From the NCBI RefSeq assembly GCF_001194135.2, contig NC_068985.1, forward strand, positions 109,345,925 through 109,409,924: a stretch of 64,000 bases of DNA, in the 5' to 3' direction. The stretch is from Octopus bimaculoides (Eukaryota). The notes under the pieces are model-generated. The model was not told where the DNA came from and did no database searches. It worked only from the letters and a program-made list of their open reading frames with translations. Numbering within the stretch: the stretch's first letter is position 1; each line of letters begins with the position of its first letter. This document shows, one piece after another, positions 51,071 to 64,000 of the stretch. The position numbers and the translations under genes were made by a program.

Positions 51071-53519
51071 TCATGAGTGTGTATATTTTCTTCAAGGAAA
51101 CGCTTCACACTCGAAGTCTAGGCTTACTAGCCAGCATCAATGAGTGCGACAAGAGCTAGTAAACCGAAATTCCAAAGTCCCTATTAACCTTTTTCTTTGA
51201 TAAGTGTATATTCTACTAAAGTTTATTGAATAATCCTTCAATTTAATGTAAAAATGTTTAATAATGCCACAGTAAGAGAAATGGAAATAAAGAAGAGGAT
51301 ATAGTGAAATGCAAACAAATTCCAAGGTAACTGACCAACTATGAACAAAATCCAGAACGACAGGCCTATATAAATGAAATAAGAATAGTAATGCTGGAAG
51401 CTGTATATGCCAATCAACAAAATCACTACAAGCCACGTCAGTGACCAGGTTACAGTCGCTGCAAGGAATATTTTGGCAATAAGTAATATATTTAAAAATG
51501 AAGTGAACAGCATTTGTGTATTTTTGAATGACTAATATGTGTCTTCTATGCTGTAATCGTGTAAGCTTCAATACATGGTCACCGATCAAATCACATGCCA
51601 AGTACATCTACCTCAATAGTCTCCCTCTTTTATTTCTCGCGCCCAACTCCTGAATCTAACTTACCTCAACACCACCACCTCGTGTTGCTCGTTGCTTACA
51701 AAAAATATCTGACCATTTACCATGTGTATTAATAACAGCTCTATCATATAAAATCGGTTTTTTAGTAGCTCACAAAAGCGTCAGTTTCTAGCTAGATAAA
51801 GTCGTGCATTAGCAAACAAAATAGTTTGAAAGCATAAATGTGCAGCAGTAGAATGAGCTATAAGGTCTACCAAACATTAAATTTAATAACGTTTACTTAT
51901 TTACTAAAACTATTTCTTAGAAACATAAAATATATAAAATAACAAAAAAACTTTCGCGATTGGAACTTTATTCAGTGTCAGCCTTGTGGCTGATACAAAC
52001 ACTTGCGTTGTTTAGTATTTGTGTGCAACATTATTTGCGATAACGTTCACCTTTATTTACGTTATCAAGATAACTGTGAGCTTTTGGTATTAAGTTAGCC
52101 AAATAAAGCTAGATTCAACACGATAAGAAGTGGGAAAAGCAATAATATGATCATTGTAAATGTTCAATATTTATGTTGTTAAAATGAGTCCAAACAATGC
52201 TATAAGAAGTTTATATGCACATGACCGTATGCCTGGGAGTTACATTTGTGTGTGGTCCTTTCAGAAAGTTTTGTGACCTTAAGAGGTCTCATATTTATCA
52301 TGTAGTCTATATAATGTGGTATGGACCCACTGCTTGAAAATTACTGATCAAAGTCATAGATAGTTATTTATTTTTATATATGAAGAATATTTATTTGTTT
52401 TAAATACCACTACTTCTAGTTCTTGTTAAACCTTGGGTAATTTCAGATGAAGAAAACCCACAAGCAAAGACATTTAAACAACGACAGTCTGTTTGTTTGT
52501 TTTTTTGGTGGGGGTGTTAGGTATACTAAACTGCATAATCTAATGTATCCATTTTGTAATTGGATTTAGTTGCCATTTTTAACAAGTTACATCGTGGTTT
52601 CTTCATTGACCCGTATTCAGGGTGCCTTGAATTGTTACCACGTGATTTCATAGCACAACATGCGTTATTATCGAGCAAGATTTTTTAAAAATACATTTTG
52701 TTATTCTATAGTAGTGAATACAACCTGAATAATATCTGTGCAGTGTCTAGTGTCACTTATTTTCGGACACTTGACATTTCTTTCTGTAATATCTCTCCTG
52801 TATAAAGTTCTTTTTTTAATGTGCAGATTTCAACCTTCACATCTTTATATATAGGTCTTAATACTCTCTTTATTTCTTACAGATATATTGTCATGTGTTA
52901 AGTGAGATTTTCTGGCTCTCGACGAATATCAACAAAGCAGTTTCAAATACAGAAATTCAATTCTTGCATTAAGAGCAAGAAGGCAAGGTCGCTTCAGAAT
53001 AAATTTTACAGACACCGTAGTGCCATGAGCTAAGGCAAAAAGATTGAGAAATTATTGTATGCCCAAATCATTATTATACTTTTAGATTCAAGCTGAACAG
53101 ATGCTACCGTATGCTAAATGAATTTGTATATGATTCTGGTCCGCTATGTAGTTCGATGTACCTCTTATTAGGAAGAAATATCAGGTGGTTTTACTTATGC
53201 AGTGGCTACATTAGAGCAGGACGGCTGATGGACAAGACTGAGCGTATTAACGGTGAAGTGATCTCTCACTGGCCAAGTGCAAATTAATTTCATTTCATCG
53301 GAAAGAAATTTTCTGTGAAGTAAGGAATAGCAGCATTTGAGAAACATTTGTTTTTTCATTTTGATGTAGTTATGTTATTGAATCATTCCCTATTTCTTTG
53401 GCGGAAAGTAATACAAGACACGTGGCTTTCCTTGATAGTGAATCTTTCACTTGCAATTTGGCTTGTATTGTTATTGGTATATACGATTGTCTCACCGTAT
53501 AGTTTCTTGTTCAACCCAT

Positions 53520-53553
<34 letters not shown>

Positions 53554-53855
53554 ATATATGCGTATGTGTGTGTATATGTATGTTTATATGCGTATATGCA
53601 TTTACGTATGTATGTATATATGCATTTACGTATGTATGTATACATGCATTTATGTATGTTTGTATATATCCATATATGTATGTATACATGTGTGCTGGTA
53701 TGTATTTATCAGTGTATGTATATGAAAACATTGACTGGAGAATCCACAGATCACTGGTGTTACAACTAAGCAACCATCTGAATAAAAATTTGCTATATGC
53801 AACAGTAGCATTATTAGATTAAAATAGCTATTTGCGCATTATGCTTGATGCAGAT

Positions 53856-53888
<33 letters not shown>

Positions 53889-54760
53889 CGCACACATATA
53901 TATATATATATTTACAGATTTATCTTTATAGATAGACATGCATATACATAGTATATATACTGTACATATATATGTATTTATATATTAGTACATGCGTGTG
54001 CATGTATGTGAAAAAATTCTATATCATATTTTCGTATTATATACGTAAGCGTATATCTGAAAGTGTGTGTATAGATTTATATATGTATGTCAGTCTGTGT
54101 GTGCCTATGTGTGTGTGTGTGTCTGTGTATGTGTATGTGTATTTTAGTGTGTTTCTATATGTGAGCGTGTGTGTGTGAGTGTGTGTGTTTGTCTGTGTGC
54201 GTATGTTCGTGCAGGCGTGTACTTATATGTATCTGTGCACATATATGTACATACGTCTATGTTTCCATACAAGTTTCTACACAAATGTGTATACGTATTT
54301 GCATATATCTACTTAATTTTGTGGGCCTATGTATGGGTGTCTTATATATGTCTGACTAGGCGTATCTATATGTTGATATATATATATATATATATTATGT
54401 ATATGAACAAGTGTTAAAGTTGTTAGCCGAGCACAACCACTAGAGAATAACTCCGGGGTAAAATGATGGTGACCAGTGTTCTATTCACAATGTAGTTAAC
54501 TCCCTTGGTATTCACACCAAAGTGTTCCAAGAGACACAGGAGAAATTATTTATCTCTTAATAATGTAATAGCTTAAGGGTTGTTTACGATATTGAAACCA
54601 AGGTTTGCTGCAATATTTGCAATGATATTTAAATACAATTCTTCGCAGTAGCAACAAATAAATTTTGCAAAATTACTTAGCAGCAAAAACTCCACCTGGC
54701 AGTGTAATCATCATAAATACCAATAGTAAATATACATGTAAGTATATTTGTTTGCACATG

Positions 54761-54795
<35 letters not shown>

Positions 54796-55400
54796 CGCGC
54801 GCTTCAGCAAATGCTTATGTGTGTGAGTTTATATTTATAAATATATTTATGAGTATACATATGTTTTAGCTGCATGGTGTACAGACATACACACACGCAC
54901 ACACACATACACACACACACATAAAATTAGATATTGACAGAAGAATTGTTTTAAATAATGTTTCTAACATATTGCTCTATTGAATGAAATAATGCCTATA
55001 CACAAAGTTATGAAATATTGTTCGTATATTAGTTGATAAAATCTACATCAACAATTGATCTTTCATGTTATTTACTAACATATTACAGCAAATAAAATAT
55101 ATAAAGCGCCAGAAAATAATGATTGTCTGTGTCTTCAAACACTTTTATTTCTGTAAGTTACTAGATGGGAGAAAGGCCATCGACCTTTGTATCTCCCGTC
55201 ACACTCTTGAGATTGATGTGGCGGAAACCCAGTCTGAACATTCGTAAGTCAATATCTGTATGATGAACGTTAGCGAGTATTAATCGAGTTTGGTTCGAAT
55301 GGCTTGCAAAGAGGTAAAATACGAAATGCGCTAGACGCCCAGAGATATTACTATAGTGGGGTTAAACCTGGTAGCTTTAAAAAGCCTTTAAATAGCCATT

Positions 55401-55870
<470 letters not shown>

Positions 55871-56725
55871 TACAGGTTAATGACTGAAAAAAATATATAT
55901 AAAAGGAAAAGATTAATTCGTCTGCTGTGAAGATACGAAGATTCTGAAGTTTGAAGTAATCCCCTATTCTGAAGTCTTAAGATACGCTTTCAAAGTACCG
56001 TAAAGGAAGTTCAGTTTCATTTCATCATAACGTTCTACCTCTCTCTACACTGTTTTCGAAGTAAGGCTTAATTCAACTTACCAGCACCCACCTCTCACCG
56101 TTGCGTATAAAATTATATATTGGATTAATCGCATATAAACAGTTTGACGCTTAAATGCTAAATGTATATTAGAGAACGAAGCTTTTTTGGAAATTCCCCT
56201 TGAGGGTTACAGTCGATAAGTAATATGCGACGATAACTAGATTAAATATATATATTTTTTCCATAGAAATATAAATCATGTTACGTAATATGTATTTATA
56301 TTTCCAACATTATAGAAAATTTTCTTTCTGCTCCTGTATGTATTTGCATGTGTATGTTTGTTTGCAAGTATATACGCACCTGTGTGTCTGTGTGTATGTG
56401 TGTACGTGAATGCGTTTTTGTATGTTTTCTGATCCTAGCAGCTATACATGAAATTGCATGCACCACAGTGAGATATCCTTTTTTTTGTTTTTGCTTTTCT
56501 GAAGCATAGCTTTTATTCAGACATATTGTGTTGATTCCGAAAACAGCATTCTGACTGCCTGAGAAAAATTATATCGCTTGTATGTCTCATTTTGATCCAC
56601 CGAAGATCTCTCCTGGCGAACACACATCCCTTATATAACGGAAACTGCAATAAACACAACAACACTGATCTTCCACTTCAACGCCCAATAACAAATTCTT
56701 CTCCTATCACCCCTCCCTTAAAATA

Positions 56726-56860
56726 TTGGTTTCAAATTTTGGCACAAGGCCAGTAGTTTCGGGGCTTGGGGTAAGTCGAATATATCTACCCCAGTACTCA
56801 ACTAGTATTTATTTCATCGACCTCGAATGGTTGAAAGGTAAAGTCGACCTGGGCGGAAAC
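56726..56860 (-). mobile_element. SINE family A, 3' portion
   Basis: AAAGGTAAAGTCGACCT.GGCGGAA on the plus strand. Confidence 0.75.
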
Positions 56861-57654
56861 TTTCCTTGAAACATTGTTTCACTACATATCTCACGTTAAA
56901 CCTGCAACGGGTTATTGCTCTCATATTTGGAGTAGTACTGGTAACACACACATGGATATTCTAGACTGCACGTATAGAAATGCTACTTAACTTTTGACAC
57001 ACGCTCTCTCTTCTCTTAGCTATTACTACTTTAACTGCAGTGGCCTCACGTGTATAACTTCTTCTCGAGTCCTCATATTATGACCCTCACCCCGCACTAT
57101 ACTAACAACGGCTATGAGCCTTTCTTTCTAAAATACCCGTCTCCTGGAATTCCATTCTCGCACATTTTTCTTGTAACTGTCAACATATACCTCTTCCATT
57201 GGAACGTTCACTTACCCGTATTTTGGAGGATCTGCATAAATGGTAGATACATCCTTATTCTAATAAAACAAACACATTTTTAAAAATATTGTATTATTGG
57301 TTATAATTGATCTTAATACTAAATAGGCACTTATTCATCGAACCTCAAGGAATGAAAAGCAGAACCAATATTTTACCTCAACGTACATTGACGTATTAAA
57401 TAGCACAATATATTGCATTTGAATCTCTACTGGTTCTTCCTTCTATCACCTTTTATATTGCTATAATAACTGTCACATAACACGAAATAGCACAGCTTCA
57501 TACTATAGAAAGCTATAATTATATATATTTGTATTGCAGTGTAATCATAGTGTGGCGATATTTCTAACGTAAGTATACTAAGCGTTGTAACTAATTGTTA
57601 TAAGTAAACTAAGCGTTTTGCCCTTTCTTTATGTATTGCTGCTAATCATCCTCA

Positions 57655-57779
57655 ATTATCTATCTTTTATCTTGTTTGTCATGGGACTGCGATAATGACA
57701 GGGCACTGCCTTGAAGATTTTAGTCGAAGAAATCGACACCAGTAGTTCTTCCTTCCTTCCTTCCTTCCTTCCTTCCTTC

Positions 57780-57825
<46 letters not shown>

Positions 57826-58270
57826 AATTTTACATCTGCTACTTATTTTACATCTGGTGTCTTTTGCCGAACTGTTAAGTTACAGGGACATAAAAAAAGC
57901 GTGACCGGTTATCAGGTGTTGGAAGAGGGAAAAACGCAAACACAAACACGTACACACACAAATACACACATGCAGAAACATACACACACAAACACACACA
58001 CTCATATACACTCACTCACAAACACACATACACAAAGACACACACACACACACACATACACGCTCACTCACAAACACACAAAAACCCACGAAGATATACA
58101 TGGACGACGGGCTTCCACAATTTCTGCCTATCAAATACAGTCGTAAAGCATTGGTTGGCCTGAGACAATAGTAGAAGATACTTGCCCAATTTTCCGCCTG
58201 GTGAGACAAAACCCAAAACCTCGATGTAGGAAAGCGAGCTTTTTAACCACAAACACCCGTCTCTGCGCCT
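57655..58270 (-). mobile_element. SINE family B (diverged, microsatellite-expanded)
   Basis: Tail, CCGAAC.G.TAAGTTAC and head motifs occur in order. Confidence 0.7.
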
Positions 58271-58489
58271 ATATCTGTTCATGTATATTAGTTAGATAAA
58301 CCCATTGTTTATTGCAAGACTGGATATCCATAACAGCTTCAGCTTTAACCAATATGGTATTGTGGTAACTAATAAAATGTGAATACATTTGAATTACATT
58401 GAATTTTCAATGTCGTTTAAGTGAGTAAATACAGAAAGATACATTAATGAAAAACGAACTGATGAAATAATGTGTGTGTTAGTGTGTGT

Positions 58490-58720
58490 GAAGGCACATG
58501 GTCTAGTGGTTATGGTTTTGCACTTATGATCGATAGCTTGTGGTTTCGATTCCCAGACCGGTGATGCGTTGAGTTCTTGAGCAAAATGTTTTATTTCACG
58601 TTGCTGCAGTTCAGTCAAATATAAATGGCAACCCTACGTTGTACTGACAAAGCCTTTAACAATGTCTGGATGCGAGGAAACACATTGTGACCGGTGGTGT
58701 ACAACACATGCGGAAGTCTG
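58490..58720 (+). mobile_element. tRNA-headed SINE, family D (related copy at 62470-62640)
   Basis: ATGGTCTAGTGGTTA...GGTTTCGATTCC...TTGAGCAAAA..TT.ATTTCACGTTGCT. Confidence 0.65.
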
Positions 58721-59281
58721 TCCGGTACGGTTATAGTCTCTGTGTGTGTATGTTTGTACACTTACGCATATATAAGTGTATGCGTGTACACTTACACATA
58801 CTTGTGTGTGTGTATGTATGTGTGTGTACACTTACATATACATATGTGCGTGTATGCTTTACTATCGTTTCATTGAATTTATTTTGATGAGTCGTTTTAT
58901 CTAGGATATTCGGATCGATCAACAATACGATAAAAGTAACGTGACTGAAACATAAATTACTAAAAAGAAGAGAGTTCATGGGAACTAATCACTAACAGCC
59001 AAAATAACGCAACATGAGAAAGAAAATATCGACTTGAGAGATTATACTATGACTGCAAAATTAGAGAGAAGATATTCGAAGATATCCTAAACTATTTATT
59101 TTCTTCATTATAACGAATTAAAAATCGAATAGAAGCTTAGTGAAATCTGGAAATTCATTAAATTCGATTCTCGGAGCGTGCTTTAAAGGAGATAGCATAC
59201 ATCTCCAAAGTATTCTTCCCTCAACAGTACACACACACACACTCACACACACACGCACACACACACATACACACACATATA

Positions 59282-59330
<49 letters not shown>

Positions 59331-59799
59331 CTATATATCTATATATCTATATATATATGTTTTTATGTCGAGTTACAATAAAAAACATTTTATATTAATC
59401 TGCAAGCCTTACTCTGCTTTTTTGTAGGGTACTTATGCATCATGCTTTTAAAGAAGAGTGCTGACAGCGACTTCTAAGTCTGTATACGTACGTATATAAG
59501 TGTGTGTATGTCCAACCTATGTTGTACATATAGAGCTAATTTCTCTGTAGATTGAGAAACATGAACAACCTTTATGGAGTTTCAGAATATTATTGGGTTC
59601 TCACCGGAGATGGTTGCATCAATTTGACCAAGCCAGGACAAACGAGCAGTCAGTCTACTCGACAATTACAGTAGCTACAGTAAACTGAGGCTTCTAAGTT
59701 TCATACCGCGTTATACTTACATGTATGTTTTAACTTTGATAACTTTGACAGGTTTTGAACAGTATAGTCCCAGGCCGTATCTAACTTAAAAGCACCGTC

Positions 59800-60245
59800 T
59801 GGTGAAGTATTTTAGTCATATATGGGTCACCATGGCCCACTCTAGCAAAGGGTTATTATGGTTGGAGACATATCCGGGTGTAGGTGGTTAGTCCGAGATC
59901 TTTTGAAGAAAATTTTTCAGTGAACTTGAATTCAATGGATCAGTTTCCGTTTTGACGTATTTCGGTATGGTGTTAAAGAGAACTGGACCGGTTGAGGTAA
60001 AGTATTTGTGGCGGATGTGTTCTGAGGACGGTTTTTGTAGTGGGAGGATATCACGGTGGCCAAGTCTTGGGTGGATTTTTAAAAATTGTTGCCAACATCA
60101 TTTGTGCAATATTGATGGAATATTTTTCACATCACACAAATGATGTAGCGCTCCCGGCGGCGTTGAAGAAAGCAGAGATTGAGTTTTTTTTAGTTGACCC
60201 AAATAGTCAATGCCTGCCATGCAGTCTATTTTTCATGTTAATTTG
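59800..60245 (-). mobile_element. CR1-like LINE 3' end (decayed)
   Basis: DY..QLKKLNL..LQRRRERYII..M*KI...TGPVLFNTIP...FK..EKFLQKI.D*PPTPGYV..NN.LLEW. Confidence 0.8.
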
Positions 60246-60559
60246 GTATAAATATACATTACTTTTTATAACCTATGAGACTTAAAACAAATTTGGTTAC
60301 CGCTTTACGGTTTTATTAATTACTATTTATAAGTACCAAAGACTCCAAGGAGAAATAATAACACGATATCAACAGGCTTCGTGCTAGATAAGATGTTTAT
60401 CGTAGTCACCAGTGAAAATGATAATTTTCTATTGGTTTAAAATCTATGCTAAGCGGCACTGAAACTTGGGTAAGATTGTATAAGAAGTAGTTGATACCTA
60501 TATTCAAAAGCAATCTGATTGCAATGATTAAGTATCGATTGGTTAATTTCCAGTCCTAA

Positions 60560-60860
60560 ATGGGAAATCTAGCCCTTGAGATACAGTTTTTGCTGACTAA
60601 CGACAGTAAAATGAACAGGAGAGATCATCAATGATTGTATGATTTAGAAATTAAAGCTAATTTGTGAGTATTAGTGTCAAGTTTTCTAAGATTAGAGATG
60701 GGTGTAAGGTTTCCAAAATATAGGTCGTTTAAACTACTGCGAAATGCTTTAAATGCACTCCACTCAATTTATCCGACCCTAGATGTTACGGGATAGTAGC
60801 TAAGAGATATTAGTTTAGGAGTATTCAAATTTTCAGACTATATGCTAGACCAGTCCTATT
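60560..60860 (-). mobile_element. Possible highly decayed CR1/L2-like LINE 3' fragment
   Basis: Weak similarity to the T..HKL...S....HF.V terminal pattern. Confidence 0.3.
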
Positions 60861-61005
60861 CTCAGTTATTACCATTATGAACGCATAAAATATATATACG
60901 ATGGTGGGTTTCCAGAAGACTTATGTTGTTCTCGAAAAATATAATTGAAACATAATTGTTAGCAGTTGAGTTGAGGAGGAAGACCATTGATCACATGAGT
61001 CAGAT

Positions 61006-61234
61006 TTAACTATTTAGCATTTAAACTGGCCGTATTTGATCCAAATATTCGACCTGTTTTATATTAAAAATGGCCAGATCAGGCCTGTCACAACTACACT
61101 ATAATCTCATTCTAAATATAAGCGACCACATCATCGAAATCCGGAAGGTACGGGATAATGCATGATTAATTCAAGACATTTTGTATAAATAAAGTATTGC
61201 ATTTGTTTGAGTAATCTAAATGCTAAAGAGCTAA
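61006..61234. mobile_element. piggyBac-like MITE
   Basis: TTAA-CTATTTAGCATT left end and AATGCTAAAGAG-CTAA right end (degenerate TIR/TTAA). Confidence 0.55.
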
Positions 61235-61548
61235 AATAACATGAATTCAGCTATTCCGAGGAGTAGAAGTTATTGTAGTGACATCAAAATAGAATGAGCA
61301 GGTAGCAATCGTGTGTGTAAAATATCAGAATTTACTGTGCACCAAAATTATAGCTTCTTCGGAGCTTCTAAAAGTAGAAGGTGATGCACAAGCAGTCAGC
61401 TCTGGTTGCACTGCATCCTATAGCAGAAACAGTTGTAATTTAATGGAGTTCATTGCATTATATTATGTTCCTTTATCTTTTATTTAGTTTCGAGCTATTC
61501 TCGGACTCTGCTCCCGCCCCCTTTTCCTTCTCTGGACTTTTCCTGTTT

Positions 61549-61573
61549 CCGATGAAGAGCCATGCTCAAAACG
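61549..61573 (+). ncRNA. Degenerate hammerhead-like motif
   Basis: CCGAUGA-A-GAGC CAU GCUC-AAAACG: one substitution in each core strand, perfect 4-bp stem II. Confidence 0.45.
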
Positions 61574-62206
61574 CCACTCCTGCTTTTTCATCTAAAACTT
61601 TCACTGAGTGTAAATCGAATATATTCACCGTGTACGTCCAGTTGGTTTTGATGTTTTTTTTTTGTGTTTCTTTTACATTTTTTATTTACTTACACGCGTG
61701 CGCGCGTTCGCACACACACACACATTTTATGTATATATGTATATATCTGTCACTCAATCTATCTACCTATTGCGGGTAAATATACAAATATATGTATATT
61801 TGTATGTATAACTTACAACACAAAATAGTGAGCTACATAACATATTGCGACAAATTTGTTGTTAAGAGAAACGTCACTCCCACGAGACCTCAATAAACTG
61901 AATGTTCAAAGTGACAATATTATATATGTATCAGCATGAAAAATTTACTATGGTATACTGCATTAAACATATGAAAAACAAAATGCACAGAATATATATT
62001 GTAAACGTAGAAATAGCTGCTATAACCCTCTACGCATTTGTAATTAATGAATAAATACTTTCACTGGTTTGTATTGTTATTTTTATTATCATAGGAACTT
62101 CAAAGTCAACAATGATTATTGACTCAATTTATCGCTCGGGTGGATAGTTTACTACACACATACACACGCACACGCACACACATGCGTATATATGTATGCA
62201 TCATGA

Positions 62207-62261
<55 letters not shown>

Positions 62262-62469
62262 NNNNNNNNNNATATATATATATATACATGTATATGTATA
62301 TATATATATATATATACATGTATATGTATATATATATGTACATGTATATGTATATATATGTACAGATATGTATATATATGTATATATGTATGTGTGTATG
62401 TGTATGTTTGTGTGTGTGTGTTTGTGTGTATATCTCTGTCTGTCAGTGTAGCAGTGTAGTGAAAGAGCA

Positions 62470-62640
62470 TAACATAGTGGGTAGAGGTGTTGCATTCATG
62501 ATTGCGTTGTAGTGGTTTCGATTCCGAAGACTGGTTGGTCCGTTGAGTTCTCGAGCAAAACACTTCATTTGGCGTTGCTCTAAGATCATTTCAATATTTG
62601 ACGTTTGGCAAACTTGGGATTGAGCTTATGTGAACGCTAT
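62470..62640 (+). mobile_element. SINE family D copy
   Basis: GTGGTTTCGATTCC...GAGCAAAACACTTCATTT..CGTTGCT. Confidence 0.6.
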
Positions 62641-62775
62641 AAAAAAAATGACCTCTGTGTTTCTTTAGCCAGAAATTGCTCAACGATCCTCCGATGTCTA
62701 TATATATATATATATAGACTACAAATGTATGTATGCATGAATGCATATATGATTGTATGTATGTGTGTATATGTA

Positions 62776-62808
<33 letters not shown>

Positions 62809-63044
62809 TTTTTTTATTGCAGTTCTCCAAGTCATATGCTGGTCAGTGATTAATTAGACTGCGGCGAAGATTTCGTTTAGTCACATCTCTTAGTTATAAC
62901 TAGACTACTGTAATCTTATATATTTCTTACCACAAGCTGGAAATAACAAGCTCTCTTCTTAATTAATTCTGTTAGTAATGCAGCTGCTTTGACACATCAT
63001 GTATAAATCTAAAGCTCATTCTCTCTGGCAGAAATCAGTAAACT

Positions 63045-63180
63045 CTTTGCCTTTCATCCTTTCGGGGTCGATAAATTAAGTACCAGTTACCCATTGAGGT
63101 CGGCATAATCGACTTAATCATTTTGTCTGTCCTTGTGTGTCCCATCTGTGTGTAGCCCCTTGTGAGCAGTAAAGAAATAA
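63045..63180 (+). mobile_element. SINE family A, 3' portion (tail variant shared with 1222-1448)
   Basis: CTTTGCCTTTCATCCTTTCGGGGTCG...TGTCCTTGT.TGTCC...AGTAAAGAAATA. Confidence 0.85.
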
Positions 63181-63741
63181 GAAACATTTCGATTTTTTTT
63201 TGTTTAACTATTGGCAATTAATTTATAGCAGTTCTTATAACTTCAATAAATTTGAGCTAAATATATTTAAATCAAACTGAAATTCTGAACATATCATATA
63301 CCTTAAATTAACCCTGCAACAGAATGACATTCCGTTCAGAAGATTTGGTGTGACCATGGAAACCTGATAACCGGCCCTATGGGTTTCGGATCTTGGAACA
63401 ATATTATCCAAGGGGGTTTCCTTACTTATAAATACCATTGATTATGTCTGTCTTTTATAATTCATGTCTGTTTATCAAAAGGAAGCAACATTATGCCTAT
63501 ATGAAGGTGTGGCATGCAGCTTGACACACGGGTTTACAGTGATGAGCATAATCACGTGATAATATACACTCATATAAACACGCACCGAGAAATTCTCATG
63601 TATATATATATTATACAAATAAATTCACACTCATCTGTAAATACAATCATATGTGTGGGTGCGTGCGCGTATGTGCACTTCGTTTTTGTATTTGGTTTGC
63701 TAGATTCTTTAAGTGAGTTCGTGTGTTGAAGCATATTTTGT

Positions 63742-63965
63742 TGTGTTTGGGGAGTGTCATTCTGTTTTTATGCGTTACTAATTAGCACACGCAACGGTTC
63801 GATTTCCACTCATTTACTTATTTATTTATATTTTAACAACTATTGAGGAGGTTGCAAGAAGCAATGAAAATTTTAGAAACAAAAATGAAATAATAATTGA
63901 GTGGAAATCGAACCGGTGCGCGTGTTATTTAATAAGGCATTAAAACAAAATGACTCTCCCCAGAC

Positions 63966-63968
<3 letters not shown>
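63742..63968. mobile_element. Foldback/MITE-like element, ~70-bp arms
   Basis: Perfect inner 18-bp inverted repeat CGGTTCGATTTCCACTCA / TGAGTGGAAATCGAACCG; imperfect pairing extends outward to TGTGT.TGGG. Confidence 0.85.

Positions 63969-64000
<32 letters not shown>

Noticed and set aside
52880-53290. Strong plus-strand acceptors with short open frames
   Set aside because: No consistent exon chain or recognisable product.

Overview
AT-rich, microsatellite-saturated eukaryotic DNA with about 20 N-gaps. The SINE set and an S-crystallin/sigma-GST exon suggest an octopus (cephalopod) genome; this is inference. One credible host coding exon is present: the first coding exon of an S-crystallin/sigma-class GST on the minus strand (6218-6350). 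Its downstream exons were not found in the window. A second, decayed S-crystallin-type exon lies on the plus strand (19090-19474), split by a hAT MITE with an 8-bp TSD. The rest is mainly mobile DNA: Tc1, mariner and maT transposase relics, Penelope-like (GIY-YIG) relics, R4/Dong-like and CR1-like LINE fragments, many tRNA-derived SINEs, and foldback MITEs. The most striking unexplained signal is seven hammerhead-ribozyme-like motifs of the minimal type-I, Penelope-associated kind, in sequence contexts that look unrelated. One has an intact catalytic core inside a 184-bp foldback (31567-31750), one forms the tail of a tRNA-headed SINE, and one has its tail duplicated in inverted orientation. 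Nearly all long ORFs in the supplied track are microsatellite or N-gap artefacts.
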